Source: Planctomycetota bacterium (GTDB lineage Bacteria > Planctomycetota > SZUA-567 > H5-PLA8). Taken from it: a stretch of DNA of 64,000 bases. The stretch spans positions 28,779-92,778 of the forward strand of contig BTVV01000010.1 in the NCBI GenBank assembly GCA_045863855.1, read 5' to 3'. This document shows positions 46,372 to 56,206 of the stretch, in pieces; the stretch's first letter is position 1; each line of letters opens with the position of its first letter. Below the pieces are notes generated by a model. It had not been told where the DNA came from, did no database searches, and was given only the letters and a program-made list of their open reading frames with translations. Made by a program: the position numbers and the translations under genes.

Positions 46372-47193
46372 ATGCACGAACGGCTTGGGTTTCTCGGGAT
46401 TGCGATATGGGTCGCTGTCGCGACCCTAGCGGCCGGCGAAGAGGTTCTGGTGGTCGAGCAGGAATACCGTGAAGTCGCCCCGACTCGCTCTGAGGGCCGA
46501 GATACCCGGCAGATCTTGTACTTTACCGCCGAAGCGGTCCGAATCGAGGAGTACGCGCAAGGACCTGACGAACCAACCGAAGTCCAGTGGGTGAACTTCA
46601 AGACGGAGCGGATCGAACGGCTTTGGCGGAACCACGGCGCGTGGACTTTGACTGCCGAATCGTTCGAGCGGCGGCGTGAACGCCTCCAAGCGCGCGTACG
46701 CAAGCAGACCGAAGACAGTGCGGAATTGCCGGACGGCGTGCAGCGGGCGGAAGCGGAGCGACTACTCAGTTTTCGCGTGGACGCTCGACGATCCTACGAA
46801 GCGATTCACGACAAGACAATGACCAAGCCAATCCTGAATGCCCACACCGAACGCGTCACGGTCGTGGACCGCAAGGAGGATGCCTGCAAGCCGCTGGAAG
46901 GTTATTTTCATCCGAGCCTCCGCCTTCCGTGTGCGACCGGTGAACTGCTCTATCTGCTCGACGTAATTCCCGAAAAGCTTTCGCACTTCCTGGTGCGCGA
47001 GCGAGAGACCTTCGACCGCGTGCCTGGGGAACTGAAACTGCGAACTTCTCATGGCGGTTGGGTGGAAACGCGGCTACAGCGGGCTGAGCGGGTTTCCGAG
47101 CAAAGCGTGCCCGGCGATCTGTTCGATGCCGGTGCGGAATTGAAGCGCATACAGGAAAAGCCGGCAAAGCCCCAGCCCGCATCGGCCCCGTGA
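46372..47193 (+). CDS. Secreted hypothetical protein (possibly DUF4412-like)
   Basis: Signal-like N-terminus; beta-rich body ending VPGDLF. Confidence 0.55.
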   Translation: MHERLGFLGIAIWVAVATLAAGEEVLVVEQEYREVAPTRSEGRDTRQILYFTAEAVRIEEYAQGPDEPTEVQWVNFKTERIERLWRNHGAWTLTAESFERRRERLQARVRKQTEDSAELPDGVQRAEAERLLSFRVDARRSYEAIHDKTMTKPILNAHTERVTVVDRKEDACKPLEGYFHPSLRLPCATGELLYLLDVIPEKLSHFLVRERETFDRVPGELKLRTSHGGWVETRLQRAERVSEQSVPGDLFDAGAELKRIQEKPAKPQPASAP

Positions 47194-47264
47194 TCCTTTC
47201 GCGCCCGTAGCTTTCGCTCCACGCAAGCAGCCGTATACTCCCCGCAGCGCCGGGGACCCGCTGC

Positions 47265-50234
47265 ATGCTCCAGCCCGCACAACTCGAACCGCAGATTCAA
47301 CGCCTCGGGCGCGAACTCTTTGCCGAGGTCAAGGCGCTGCAAGCGCAAGCGAAAGGCGGCTGGTGGAACTCCAAGCTCATGGAGTTCGCGCTTCAGGACG
47401 AGAAACTCAAGGTCCAACTCTTTCGCTTCACCGACGCCCTGCCGGCCCTGCGCAGCCATGCCGAGGTGGGTCGGCATTTGAAGGAATATTTCGACGCTCC
47501 GGGGCAGCAGTTTCCGGCGTTCATCTCATGGGGCGCTTCGCTGGCGGCGTTCAGTTCGCTGGCCGCGTTCGCGTCCGGCATCGCCATCCGCAAATCCGTC
47601 GAAGATATGGCGCGCATCTTCATCAGCGGACGCAACCCGAAGGAAGCCTTGCGCGCCGTCGAGGACTTCCGCAAACGCGGCCTGGGGTTCACGCTGGATC
47701 TGCTGGGTGAGGCGGTCGTCAGCGAGGCCGAAGCCGAGGAATACGCCGGCAAGTACGGGGAGATTCTGGAAGAACTGGCGCGCCACGCGCCCAAGTGGAA
47801 GCCCGACGAGAAACTCGACCGGAACCAGCGTGGCGCGATTCCACGTATCAACCTATCGATCAAGCTCAGCAGTCTGTACAGCCAGATCGATCCGATCGAT
47901 CCGGCGCGCAGCCTGCGCGGCGTGGAGGCGCGGTTGGTACCGTTCCTGAAGCGCGCGCGGGCATTGGGCGCGTTCGTGAACATCGACATGGAGGACTACC
48001 GGCTCAAGGATTTGACGCTGGCGATCTTCAAAGACGTGGCGCTGCGCGATGAGTTCCGCGATTGGGCCGATTTGGGCATCGTCATCCAGGCCTATTTGAA
48101 GGACAGCTTGCGTAACTTAAATGCCCTTTCCGTTTGGGCGCAAAAGCGCGGCGCGCCGGTGACGGTGCGGCTGGTGAAGGGCGCCTATTGGGACTACGAG
48201 ACCGTCATCGCGCGGCAACACGGCTGGCCGATTCCGGTCTACACGAGCAAACACGAGACCGACGCGAACTACGAGCGCTGCACCGAGGCACTCTTGGAAA
48301 GCCATCCGCACCTCGAGACGGCGATCGCAAGCCACAACATTCGCAGCGTGGCCCACGCGCTGGCGGCCTTCGAGGCACTGGGCCGGCCGAAAGCAGCGCT
48401 GGAATTTCAGGCGCTTTTCGGGATGGCCGATCCCTTGAAGCTGGCGCTGGCCGCGCGCGGGTACCGCGTGCGCGTGTACACCCCCTTTGGCGAGTTGCTC
48501 CCGGGTATGGCGTATCTCGTGCGGCGGCTGCTGGAAAATACGGCCAACGAGAGCTTCCTGCGGCAGGGCTTCGTCGAGGGTGTGAGCGAAGACCGTCTGC
48601 TGGCCGATCCGGCGAAACATCCACCGGGTCCAGGCTTGCCGCCGGTGGCCACCAAGAACTGCATCGAGAACGCGCCTGATGCGGCGTTTCACTCGGCGGC
48701 GGAACGCGAAGGCTTTTCCAAGGCGCTGGACGCGGTGCGCGCGAAGCTGGGCGGAAGCTACAAGCTGCATGTGGGCGGGAAAGAACTCGATGGCGCCGGC
48801 GCGAGCCAGGTTTCGCGCGATCCGTCCGAACGGTCCCGCGTGGTGGGGACCGTCGCTGGGGCCGACGCGAAGCAGGCCGACACGGCAGTGGCCGCGGCTC
48901 AGGCGGCTTTCCCGCTCTGGCGCGACACGCCGGTGGCGCAGCGCGCCGAACGCTTGCGCGCACTGGCCGAGCTGATCCGGCGCGAGCGGTTCGAGTTGTG
49001 CGCGTGGGAGGTTTTCGAGACCGCCAAGCCGTGGCGCGAAGCCGACGGCGACGTGGGCGAAGCGATCGATTTTTGCCTGTACTACGCCGCTCAAGCCGAA
49101 GCGCTGATGCCGCCCGCGCGCCGCAATCCGGTGCCGGGCGAACTGGACGAGGATTACCACGAACCGCGCGGCGTCTGCGCGGTGATCGCCCCATGGAATT
49201 TCCCGCTGGCGATCCTGTGCGGTATGACTACGGCGGCGCTGGCGACGGGCAACACGGTGGTCATGAAGCCGGCCGAGCAGTCGCCGGTGATCGCCGCTCA
49301 TTTCATGCGTTTACTCAAAGCTGCGGGTTTCCCCGACGGCGTCGTGAACTTCGTGCCCGGCGCCGGCGAGACGGTGGGCGCGCGGTTGGTCGAGCATCCC
49401 GGTGTGGACCTGATCGTCTTTACCGGGAGCAAAGCGGTGGGCCTGCAGATCGTCGAGACTGCCGGCCGCACACGCGAGGGGCAGGCGGGCGTGAAGCGCG
49501 TTATCGCCGAGATGGGCGGCAAGAACGCGGTAATCGTGGACAGCGACGCGGACCTCGACGAGGCCGTGGCGGGTGTGCTGTACAGCGCGTTCGGTTACGC
49601 GGGACAGAAATGCAGCGCCTGCTCGCGCGCGATCGTGGTGGGCGATGCGTACCGGCCTTTCGTTCAGCGCCTGTCTGAAGCGGTGCGCAGCATCCAAGTG
49701 TCTCCCGCCGAAGCACCGGGCTGCTTCGTGCCGCCGGTGATCGACGATGAAGCGCAGGCGCGGCTGTTGAAGGCCATCGAGGCCGGCAAGCGCGAAGCCA
49801 AGCTGGAAGTGCAGGTGGACGTAAGCGCATGGTCGGCGCGAGGCAGTTTCGTGCCACCGACGGTTTTCATCGACGTGCCGCCGCGTTCGATGTTGGGGCA
49901 GGAGGAACTTTTTGGACCGGTGCTGAGCGTGATGCCGGCGAGCGACTTCGAGTCGGCTTTGCGCATCGCGCAGGACGTGCCCTATGCGCTGACAGGGGGA
50001 CTTTTCAGCCGTAGTCCGGCGAATATCGCTAAAGCGCGTGCGAGCTTCCGGGTAGGGAATCTGTATATCAATCGCGGCTGCACCGGCGCGAAAGTGGAAC
50101 GGCAGCCGTTCGGCGGATTTCGCTTCAGCGGCGTGGGCAGCAAGGCTGGAGGCGCGGAGTATCTTCTGCAATTCGTTCATCCGCGCACGGTTACGGAAAA
50201 CACGATGCGCCGGGGTTTCGCGGTGGACTCCTAG
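47265..50234 (+). CDS. putA: Bifunctional proline dehydrogenase / glutamate-semialdehyde (P5C) dehydrogenase
   Basis: LFRFTDALP, DLLGE, RLVKGAYW, YLVRRLLENTANESF; ALDH motifs PWNFP, FTGS, AEMGGKN, GQKCSAC, EELFGP. Confidence 0.96.
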   Translation: MLQPAQLEPQIQRLGRELFAEVKALQAQAKGGWWNSKLMEFALQDEKLKVQLFRFTDALPALRSHAEVGRHLKEYFDAPGQQFPAFISWGASLAAFSSLAAFASGIAIRKSVEDMARIFISGRNPKEALRAVEDFRKRGLGFTLDLLGEAVVSEAEAEEYAGKYGEILEELARHAPKWKPDEKLDRNQRGAIPRINLSIKLSSLYSQIDPIDPARSLRGVEARLVPFLKRARALGAFVNIDMEDYRLKDLTLAIFKDVALRDEFRDWADLGIVIQAYLKDSLRNLNALSVWAQKRGAPVTVRLVKGAYWDYETVIARQHGWPIPVYTSKHETDANYERCTEALLESHPHLETAIASHNIRSVAHALAAFEALGRPKAALEFQALFGMADPLKLALAARGYRVRVYTPFGELLPGMAYLVRRLLENTANESFLRQGFVEGVSEDRLLADPAKHPPGPGLPPVATKNCIENAPDAAFHSAAEREGFSKALDAVRAKLGGSYKLHVGGKELDGAGASQVSRDPSERSRVVGTVAGADAKQADTAVAAAQAAFPLWRDTPVAQRAERLRALAELIRRERFELCAWEVFETAKPWREADGDVGEAIDFCLYYAAQAEALMPPARRNPVPGELDEDYHEPRGVCAVIAPWNFPLAILCGMTTAALATGNTVVMKPAEQSPVIAAHFMRLLKAAGFPDGVVNFVPGAGETVGARLVEHPGVDLIVFTGSKAVGLQIVETAGRTREGQAGVKRVIAEMGGKNAVIVDSDADLDEAVAGVLYSAFGYAGQKCSACSRAIVVGDAYRPFVQRLSEAVRSIQVSPAEAPGCFVPPVIDDEAQARLLKAIEAGKREAKLEVQVDVSAWSARGSFVPPTVFIDVPPRSMLGQEELFGPVLSVMPASDFESALRIAQDVPYALTGGLFSRSPANIAKARASFRVGNLYINRGCTGAKVERQPFGGFRFSGVGSKAGGAEYLLQFVHPRTVTENTMRRGFAVDS

Positions 50235-50321
50235 CCTTCCGGTCGAAAGAACTTGCCGTCTGCCTTTAAGATATAGACCTGTGGCTGCTTCCATGCCGCG
50301 CCGTGTCGAGAACGCATGCGC

Positions 50322-50951
50322 ATGAATTACGAACTCCAGACCGCTTCGGCTCAGCGAATCGAGTTGGAACGCCTGTACCAGAAGCGGCGAACGTGGTTGC
50401 TGTTGCAAGTGTTTCTGCTGCTGCTTTTAGTGGGCGTGCTGGTGTATTGGTTCCGTTCGGCACGAGAGGTTAGTTCGCCCGCGAGCGTCTGGAATGCCGC
50501 CGCGCCAACCCCTCTATGGAATACCGGGAATGCGCCAGCCCCCACTCCAGCATATACGTGGAATTCGGTGGCCATGATGAAGCAATCGTATCTACAAGTC
50601 GAAGGGCCGCAGCGCAAGGGGGCTCAATTCGAGGCGCTTGTGAAGTACATCGAGCAGACCATGTTTAATCAAGCCTACCTTACACAGAACCACATGCTCG
50701 AGTATTGCGGCACGCCGGATTTGGAGTCCGTTGCCGAAGGGAAGCAGGCTTGGGCCTATTACTATTCGAAGACCAGAAAACAGGATGCCGCGGTGGTCGT
50801 CCGCTTCGCGGATGACGGCCAGCTCACTTCGATTGAGTATGTCGTCCCGCCAGCCTTGCAGGGAGCTGAATGGAAGCCGTTCGTGGACCCGAACGAAACG
50901 GCCGAAAGTCCCGCTCCAGTTCCCTCCGCCAAAACGGACGCGGAGTTCTAA
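50322..50951 (+). CDS. Single-TM hypothetical protein (possible SmpA/BamE-like C-domain)
   Basis: TM helix (LLLQVFLLLLLVGVLVYWF), short WN..APTP repeats, G.PD....W.Y pattern. Confidence 0.6.
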   Translation: MNYELQTASAQRIELERLYQKRRTWLLLQVFLLLLLVGVLVYWFRSAREVSSPASVWNAAAPTPLWNTGNAPAPTPAYTWNSVAMMKQSYLQVEGPQRKGAQFEALVKYIEQTMFNQAYLTQNHMLEYCGTPDLESVAEGKQAWAYYYSKTRKQDAAVVVRFADDGQLTSIEYVVPPALQGAEWKPFVDPNETAESPAPVPSAKTDAEF

Positions 50952-51123
50952 GCCTCCGTTATTTTGTGCTATAAGACCGTCGAACCGTCATCTGGCGGCG
51001 CTGCTTTCATGGGCTATTATTGAATACATCAAGACCAGGGACGCGGCGCCTACGGCCCTAAGCTCATCGAATCGTCCTATGAGCCCCGTAGCCGGACCGC
51101 GATCGCCAGGAGCTTCGCCTGCT

Positions 51124-52044
51124 ATGAGCGCCACGAACGATACGGTTCCCATTCTGTTCGATACGGATATCGGCAACGACATCGACGACGCGGTCTGCCT
51201 CGCGTACCTCCTGAAGCAACCGCGTTGCAAGCTGCTGGGCGTGACGACGGTGAGCGGTCCGGTGCAGCAACGGGCGGCGCTGGCGGATGCGGTCTGCCGT
51301 GCGGCGGGTAGGGCGGATATCCCGATCCGCGCCGGCACGCGCAGCGGGATTAACCTGGGTCCGGTACAGGATTCCTGCCCACAGGCGGCGGTGCTGCCCC
51401 GCTTCAAGCACACTCCACCCGAAGAGTTCCGCGCCGGCGAGGCCGTGGGCTTCCTGCGCGAGCAGATTCGTGCGCGGCCGGGAGAAATCACGCTGCTGGC
51501 CGTCGGACCGATGACCAACTTGGGGCTCCTGTTCGCCATGGATCCCGAGATTCTCAGCCTGCTCAAGCGGCTGGTGCTGATGTGCGGCGTCTTCACCAAT
51601 CGCGGTTCGCGCCCCATGGGCTGGCGCGAGTGGAATGCGATCTGCGATCCGGTGGCTACGGCATGCGTCTACCGTGCGCGGCCGGCCGAGCATCTTTCGG
51701 TGGGGCTTGACGTGACCACGCACTGCCGCATGGATTCCACCGAATGCGTGAAGCGCTTCAATCAAATTGGCGGTCCGTTGAGTGTCGTCGCGGCGATGAC
51801 CGAAGTCTGGGCGGAGAAAGTCCACCTTGTTACCTTCCACGATCCGCTCGCTGGTGCGCTGGTCTTCGATCCGGAGCTATGCACGTACCAGGACGGATTG
51901 GTAAACGTCGAATTGAAGAGTGACCACGCGCAAGGCATGACGCACTTCAACCCAGGCGCGCAGGAAAAGCCGCATAAGATCTGCCTGGAAGTGAAGGCCG
52001 AGGCGTTCTTCGAGCACTACTTCGGGACGTGCGGAAAGAAATAG
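51124..52044 (+). CDS. Inosine/uridine-preferring nucleoside hydrolase family protein
   Basis: DTDIGNDIDDA, GPMTN, EWN..CDP, GLDVT, HDP. Confidence 0.92.
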   Translation: MSATNDTVPILFDTDIGNDIDDAVCLAYLLKQPRCKLLGVTTVSGPVQQRAALADAVCRAAGRADIPIRAGTRSGINLGPVQDSCPQAAVLPRFKHTPPEEFRAGEAVGFLREQIRARPGEITLLAVGPMTNLGLLFAMDPEILSLLKRLVLMCGVFTNRGSRPMGWREWNAICDPVATACVYRARPAEHLSVGLDVTTHCRMDSTECVKRFNQIGGPLSVVAAMTEVWAEKVHLVTFHDPLAGALVFDPELCTYQDGLVNVELKSDHAQGMTHFNPGAQEKPHKICLEVKAEAFFEHYFGTCGKK

Positions 52045-52146
52045 GAAAGGCGACAAGTAAAACGGAACGAGTAACGAACGGCACGGGTGCTTTGCCATTA
52101 ATTACGCGTTACTCATTCATTCTCTCGCCTTACATACGCTTCGAAT

Positions 52147-53214
52147 TTACAGCCGCACTTCCTTCCCGCGCTCGGCGCTGTCGAGCAGGGCTTCCATCAT
52201 TTCCTGTACGAGCAGTCCGTGGCGGAGCGGCGCTTCGCAGGAAATGCCGTCGAGGATGCAATCGACCCAATGCGCGGTAAGGGTATCGAAACCGTTGGGA
52301 TCCTTGGGTACGTGAATGGTTTCGTCGGAGTTCACGTAATCGGAGGTGCGGTAAACGGTTGTGGGGTGCAGCTTCGCTCCGGCTTCGGTGCCGAAGAGTT
52401 CGATGTTCAGTTCGTCCGGCTGGTGGCTGGCCCAGAACGATTCGACCTGCAACCCCGCGCCGTTCTTGAATCGGATGAAGCCACCGGCGTAGTCGTCGGC
52501 GGCGTACTTGGAATAGAAATCTTGCGGCGGCTTTTTCCCGCCCATGTAGCCCTCACCACGCGGGCCGAACTTGGCGCCTGCCGCTCCCAGGACGCTCACG
52601 GGTTCGGGCATGCCCATGAGCCACCACGCCGCGTCGAGCACGTGGACGCCCATGTCGCGCCAAGCGCCGCCGCCCTTTTGGATAAAGCCCAAGCTCCAAT
52701 GGGGAATACCCAGCCGACGAACGCTGCGCGCGCGGGCAAAATAGATTTCTCCGAATATCCCTCCGGCGGCGTAGCGCCCCAGCGCTCGGCACGATCCGCC
52801 GAATCGCGTGGAAAGGGACATCATGTTCACCACGCCGGCGGATTCTGCCGCTTTAACCAGCTTTCGCGCCGGCTCCAACGCATCGGCCAGCGGCTTGGTA
52901 ACGAGCACGTGTTTGCCGTTCTTGACGGCCTCCAGCGCCACCGGAACGTGATACTGGTTGGGTGTGCCGACGAAGATCGCGTCGATCTCGGGGTCGCGGC
53001 AAAGCTCGAAGTGGTCGGTGTACTTCTTGGCGTTTGGCAGGTTCAGGTCCTTGGCCGCTTCGTCCATGCGAGCGGGTAGGATGTCGCACAGGGCCGCGAC
53101 TTCGGCGCGCGGGTTCTTGCTCAAGGGTTTCGCGTTCGCGCGACCGATGCCCATGCCGACGATTCCGACCCGTACTTTTCCAGACGAGGTGCGAGGGGAC
53201 TTGCGCTTGGACAT
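52147..53214 (-). CDS. Gfo/Idh/MocA family oxidoreductase
   Basis: VGIVGMG Rossmann motif, TPN..H, GKHVLVTKP, GGGAWRDMGVH. Confidence 0.92.
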   Translation of the reverse strand: MSKRKSPRTSSGKVRVGIVGMGIGRANAKPLSKNPRAEVAALCDILPARMDEAAKDLNLPNAKKYTDHFELCRDPEIDAIFVGTPNQYHVPVALEAVKNGKHVLVTKPLADALEPARKLVKAAESAGVVNMMSLSTRFGGSCRALGRYAAGGIFGEIYFARARSVRRLGIPHWSLGFIQKGGGAWRDMGVHVLDAAWWLMGMPEPVSVLGAAGAKFGPRGEGYMGGKKPPQDFYSKYAADDYAGGFIRFKNGAGLQVESFWASHQPDELNIELFGTEAGAKLHPTTVYRTSDYVNSDETIHVPKDPNGFDTLTAHWVDCILDGISCEAPLRHGLLVQEMMEALLDSAERGKEVRL

Positions 53215-53350
53215 GCGGGGCTCCTGATGGCTGAGTCATGAGTTGAAAGCGCAGGCGATTATCTCGCACAAGCCCAGGCAGGAAAGGAGCTTTCGCGTTC
53301 CTCGTTTTCTCGGCTGCTCGAGGCTTCGCTGCACGTTATCCTTATGCGGT

Positions 53351-54343
53351 ATGCGCATCGTTTTTGCCGGCACGCCCGAGTACGCCGTACCCAGCCTCTG
53401 CGCGATACACGCGCTTGCGCCGCGGCATGAGATTGTAGCGGTGGTCACGCAGCCGGATCGGCCCAAAGGACGCTCCGGAGAGGCCTCGCCACCTCCGGTC
53501 AAGGCCGCGGCGCTCGAACTGGGCTTTCCGGGCTCCGCTATTTTCCAGCCCCCCTCCTTTAACCGGCCCGACCACCTCGCCGCGCTGCGCGCGCTGAAGC
53601 CGGACCTTTTTTGCGTTATCGCTTACGGAGGGCTGCTCAAGGATGAAGCGCTGGCCATGCCCGCGAAGTATCCGCTGAACGCGCACGCATCGTTATTGCC
53701 CAAGTACCGCGGTGCGGCGCCGATTCAGGCGGCCCTGCTGGCCGGCGATTCCGAGACGGGCGTCTGCATCATGAAGATGGTCCGCGCGCTCGACGCCGGA
53801 CCGGTGATGTGGCGGGAACACGTGATCGTTCGCACTACCGATACGGCCGGGACGCTTCACGACGCATTGGCGAATCTCTCGGCACGCGGTTTTGTGGAGG
53901 CGATCGCGATCGTCGAGGCCGGAGCGGAACGCTTCGAATCTCAGGACGATGCGCAATCCACGTATGCGCCCAAGCTGGATAAGGACTCGGGCACGCTCGA
54001 TTGGTCGCGCGAGGCCGTGTATCTCGAACGCTTCGTGCGTGCCATGACGCCGTGGCCCGGCGCCTGGACCGAAGCGCATGCCGCGGAAGGGAAGCCGATT
54101 CGCCTGCGCGTGGCGCGCGCGTCTCTTACCGGCGATCCCCGGCCCGCTGGCGCTAAGCCGGGAAACGCATGGGTCGCTGGGAGCGGTTCGAAGTCCGAAC
54201 GCTGGTGCGTGGCCTGCGGCTCGGGCGCGCTGGAATTGCTGGATGTTCAGCCCGCAGGCAAGCAGGCGATGCCCGTGGCGGCCTTTTTGCGCGGGGCCGG
54301 CCGCGCCATGCGCGAAGGCGCTCGCCTGGGCGCGTGCGTATGA
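53351..54343 (+). CDS. fmt: Methionyl-tRNA formyltransferase
   Basis: MRIVFAGTPEYA, VVTQPDRPKGR, NAHASLLPKYRGAAPIQ, LDAG, PWPGA. Confidence 0.96.
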   Translation: MRIVFAGTPEYAVPSLCAIHALAPRHEIVAVVTQPDRPKGRSGEASPPPVKAAALELGFPGSAIFQPPSFNRPDHLAALRALKPDLFCVIAYGGLLKDEALAMPAKYPLNAHASLLPKYRGAAPIQAALLAGDSETGVCIMKMVRALDAGPVMWREHVIVRTTDTAGTLHDALANLSARGFVEAIAIVEAGAERFESQDDAQSTYAPKLDKDSGTLDWSREAVYLERFVRAMTPWPGAWTEAHAAEGKPIRLRVARASLTGDPRPAGAKPGNAWVAGSGSKSERWCVACGSGALELLDVQPAGKQAMPVAAFLRGAGRAMREGARLGACV

Positions 54344-56199
54344 ACGAAGGCGCAACGGGCTGCTGCAGTCTGCGCGAATGCCGCTGGTTATTTCCGCTAT
54401 TGCTTGCGCCGGCGCTGATTCTGCGCTGTTGGCAGGCGCCGTTTCTGGGCGTGGACGATCACCAACTGTTCTTAAACAGCACAACCCTCAAACCCGAGAC
54501 GCCGTGGACGGCCGTCTTGGATGCGCACAAAGAACAGTACAATTACTATCCCGTCACAATGCTGCGCTGGAAAGTCGAGCGAGCGCTTTGGGGTGACGCG
54601 GGATGGCCGGCGGGTCTGCGCGCGAGCAATCTCCTCTTTCATATGCTTGGTGCGCTGTGCTTGTGGAGTTTACTGAAGCGCCTGGGAGCGTCTGCCGCGC
54701 TTGCGGGTTTCGTGGCCGCGGCCTTTACGCTTCATCCGCTCGGCGTCGAGTCGACAGCCTGGCCTGCCGAAGGCAAGACGGCGTTTGCCGGTTGCTTTGC
54801 ACTGGGCGCGGCGTGGGCTTATGTGGGCGCGCGCGGGTGGAAAGGATACTCGCTTGCGCTGGCGCTCTACGTGCTGGCGCTTTTTTCCAAGCCGTCGGCG
54901 CTAGGTATCGTGGCCGTTCTGGTAGTCTGGGAACTCTTGGGCCGGCCGCGGGTGGGTTCGGCCGGCGCGTGGTTCAAGCCCGAAGGCGGGTGGGGTGTCC
55001 TGGTGATTCGCCTGCTGCCGTGGGCGATTGCTTCCACGCTGTGCATCCATCTAAATGTACGCGCGCACTCGCTGGCCCTCGGCGCACCGCCTGGCGGCAG
55101 TCTATTCACCGCGTTGCTCACCGATCTGCCCATTCTGGCGAAGTACTTTTTCAATCTGGTCGTACCGATCGACTTGAGCCTCTTTTACGGCGTAGAACCC
55201 GTGACGAGTGTGGCCGACGGACGTGTCTGGTTCTGCGGTCTCTTCCTGCTGGCCGTTTGCAGCGGAATGTATGCGCTCGCACGCGCGGAAGACCGTCGCC
55301 TGCTGGTGTTCGGGCTGCTTTGGTTCGTAGCGGCGCTGGGACCGAATCTAAATCTGGTTGGCTTGAGTCACCTCATGCACGATCGCTTCATTTACCTCTC
55401 GGCGCCTGGTTTCTGGTTGGCGCTGGTCCTCGCGGCACGCGGCGCGGCAGACCGAGTTCCGGCGGCGTGGGGAGCGCTGCCGGCGTGGTCGGGCGCGCTG
55501 GTACTCGGCGCTTTGAGTTTGGTCTGGGCGTTCAGTTCACTGGAGCGTGGCGCTTTGTTTGGCGACACCCAAGCGCTGCTGCTGGACGCGCTGCGCAAAG
55601 AGCCGGACAGTTCGTACGTGCAACTATTCGTGGCCGACGAATTTCAAGCTCGCGTTAACGAATTGCCGGGCCGGGAGCGTCACCCGCAAGCCGGCCTGTT
55701 GTTGCAGCGGCGCTTCGAGCACCTCAACGCCGCATTGGCCGCACCGGATTTCGAACGCAACCTGCATCGCGTGAAAATCCTGATCGGTCTGGGCCATATG
55801 TATTACATGGCCGGCGACGAAGCGCGCGCCGCCGAACTGATCACACTTGGTGTGGATGCCAAGCGGGTGGTGAAGTACCGCGAAGATCTGGGGCGTGGAT
55901 GGCAGGTGCTGGGGTTGATCGCGCTCAAGCAAGGACGTCCTGGCGATGCGCTGGATCGATTTGGATCGGCGCTTTTGGAAACTCCAACGGAGCTTTCCAT
56001 TCATCTGCATCGGGCGCGCTGTCTGGAGCAACTGGCGTTGGGTGCATTAAAGGACGGGCGTGCCGAGGAAGCCTTACGGCGCACCGAAGAAGCGCGCCAG
56101 GCACTGCGCAATATTCCCGAGGACGAGCCGGCGTATCGCGAGGCCCAAGAAATGTTACGCACTTTAGACGCATCGGGCGCTCCTGCCGGAGTAAACTGA
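54340..56199 (+). CDS. TMTC-like GT-C membrane glycosyltransferase with TPR tail, paralog 1
   Basis: DD motif after TM1 (GVDD), YYPVT, LHPLGVESTAW, SKPSA, DRFIYL, C-terminal TPRs. ATGA overlap with fmt. Confidence 0.8.
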   Translation: MNEGATGCCSLRECRWLFPLLLAPALILRCWQAPFLGVDDHQLFLNSTTLKPETPWTAVLDAHKEQYNYYPVTMLRWKVERALWGDAGWPAGLRASNLLFHMLGALCLWSLLKRLGASAALAGFVAAAFTLHPLGVESTAWPAEGKTAFAGCFALGAAWAYVGARGWKGYSLALALYVLALFSKPSALGIVAVLVVWELLGRPRVGSAGAWFKPEGGWGVLVIRLLPWAIASTLCIHLNVRAHSLALGAPPGGSLFTALLTDLPILAKYFFNLVVPIDLSLFYGVEPVTSVADGRVWFCGLFLLAVCSGMYALARAEDRRLLVFGLLWFVAALGPNLNLVGLSHLMHDRFIYLSAPGFWLALVLAARGAADRVPAAWGALPAWSGALVLGALSLVWAFSSLERGALFGDTQALLLDALRKEPDSSYVQLFVADEFQARVNELPGRERHPQAGLLLQRRFEHLNAALAAPDFERNLHRVKILIGLGHMYYMAGDEARAAELITLGVDAKRVVKYREDLGRGWQVLGLIALKQGRPGDALDRFGSALLETPTELSIHLHRARCLEQLALGALKDGRAEEALRRTEEARQALRNIPEDEPAYREAQEMLRTLDASGAPAGVN

Positions 56200-56206
56200 C
56201 CCAACT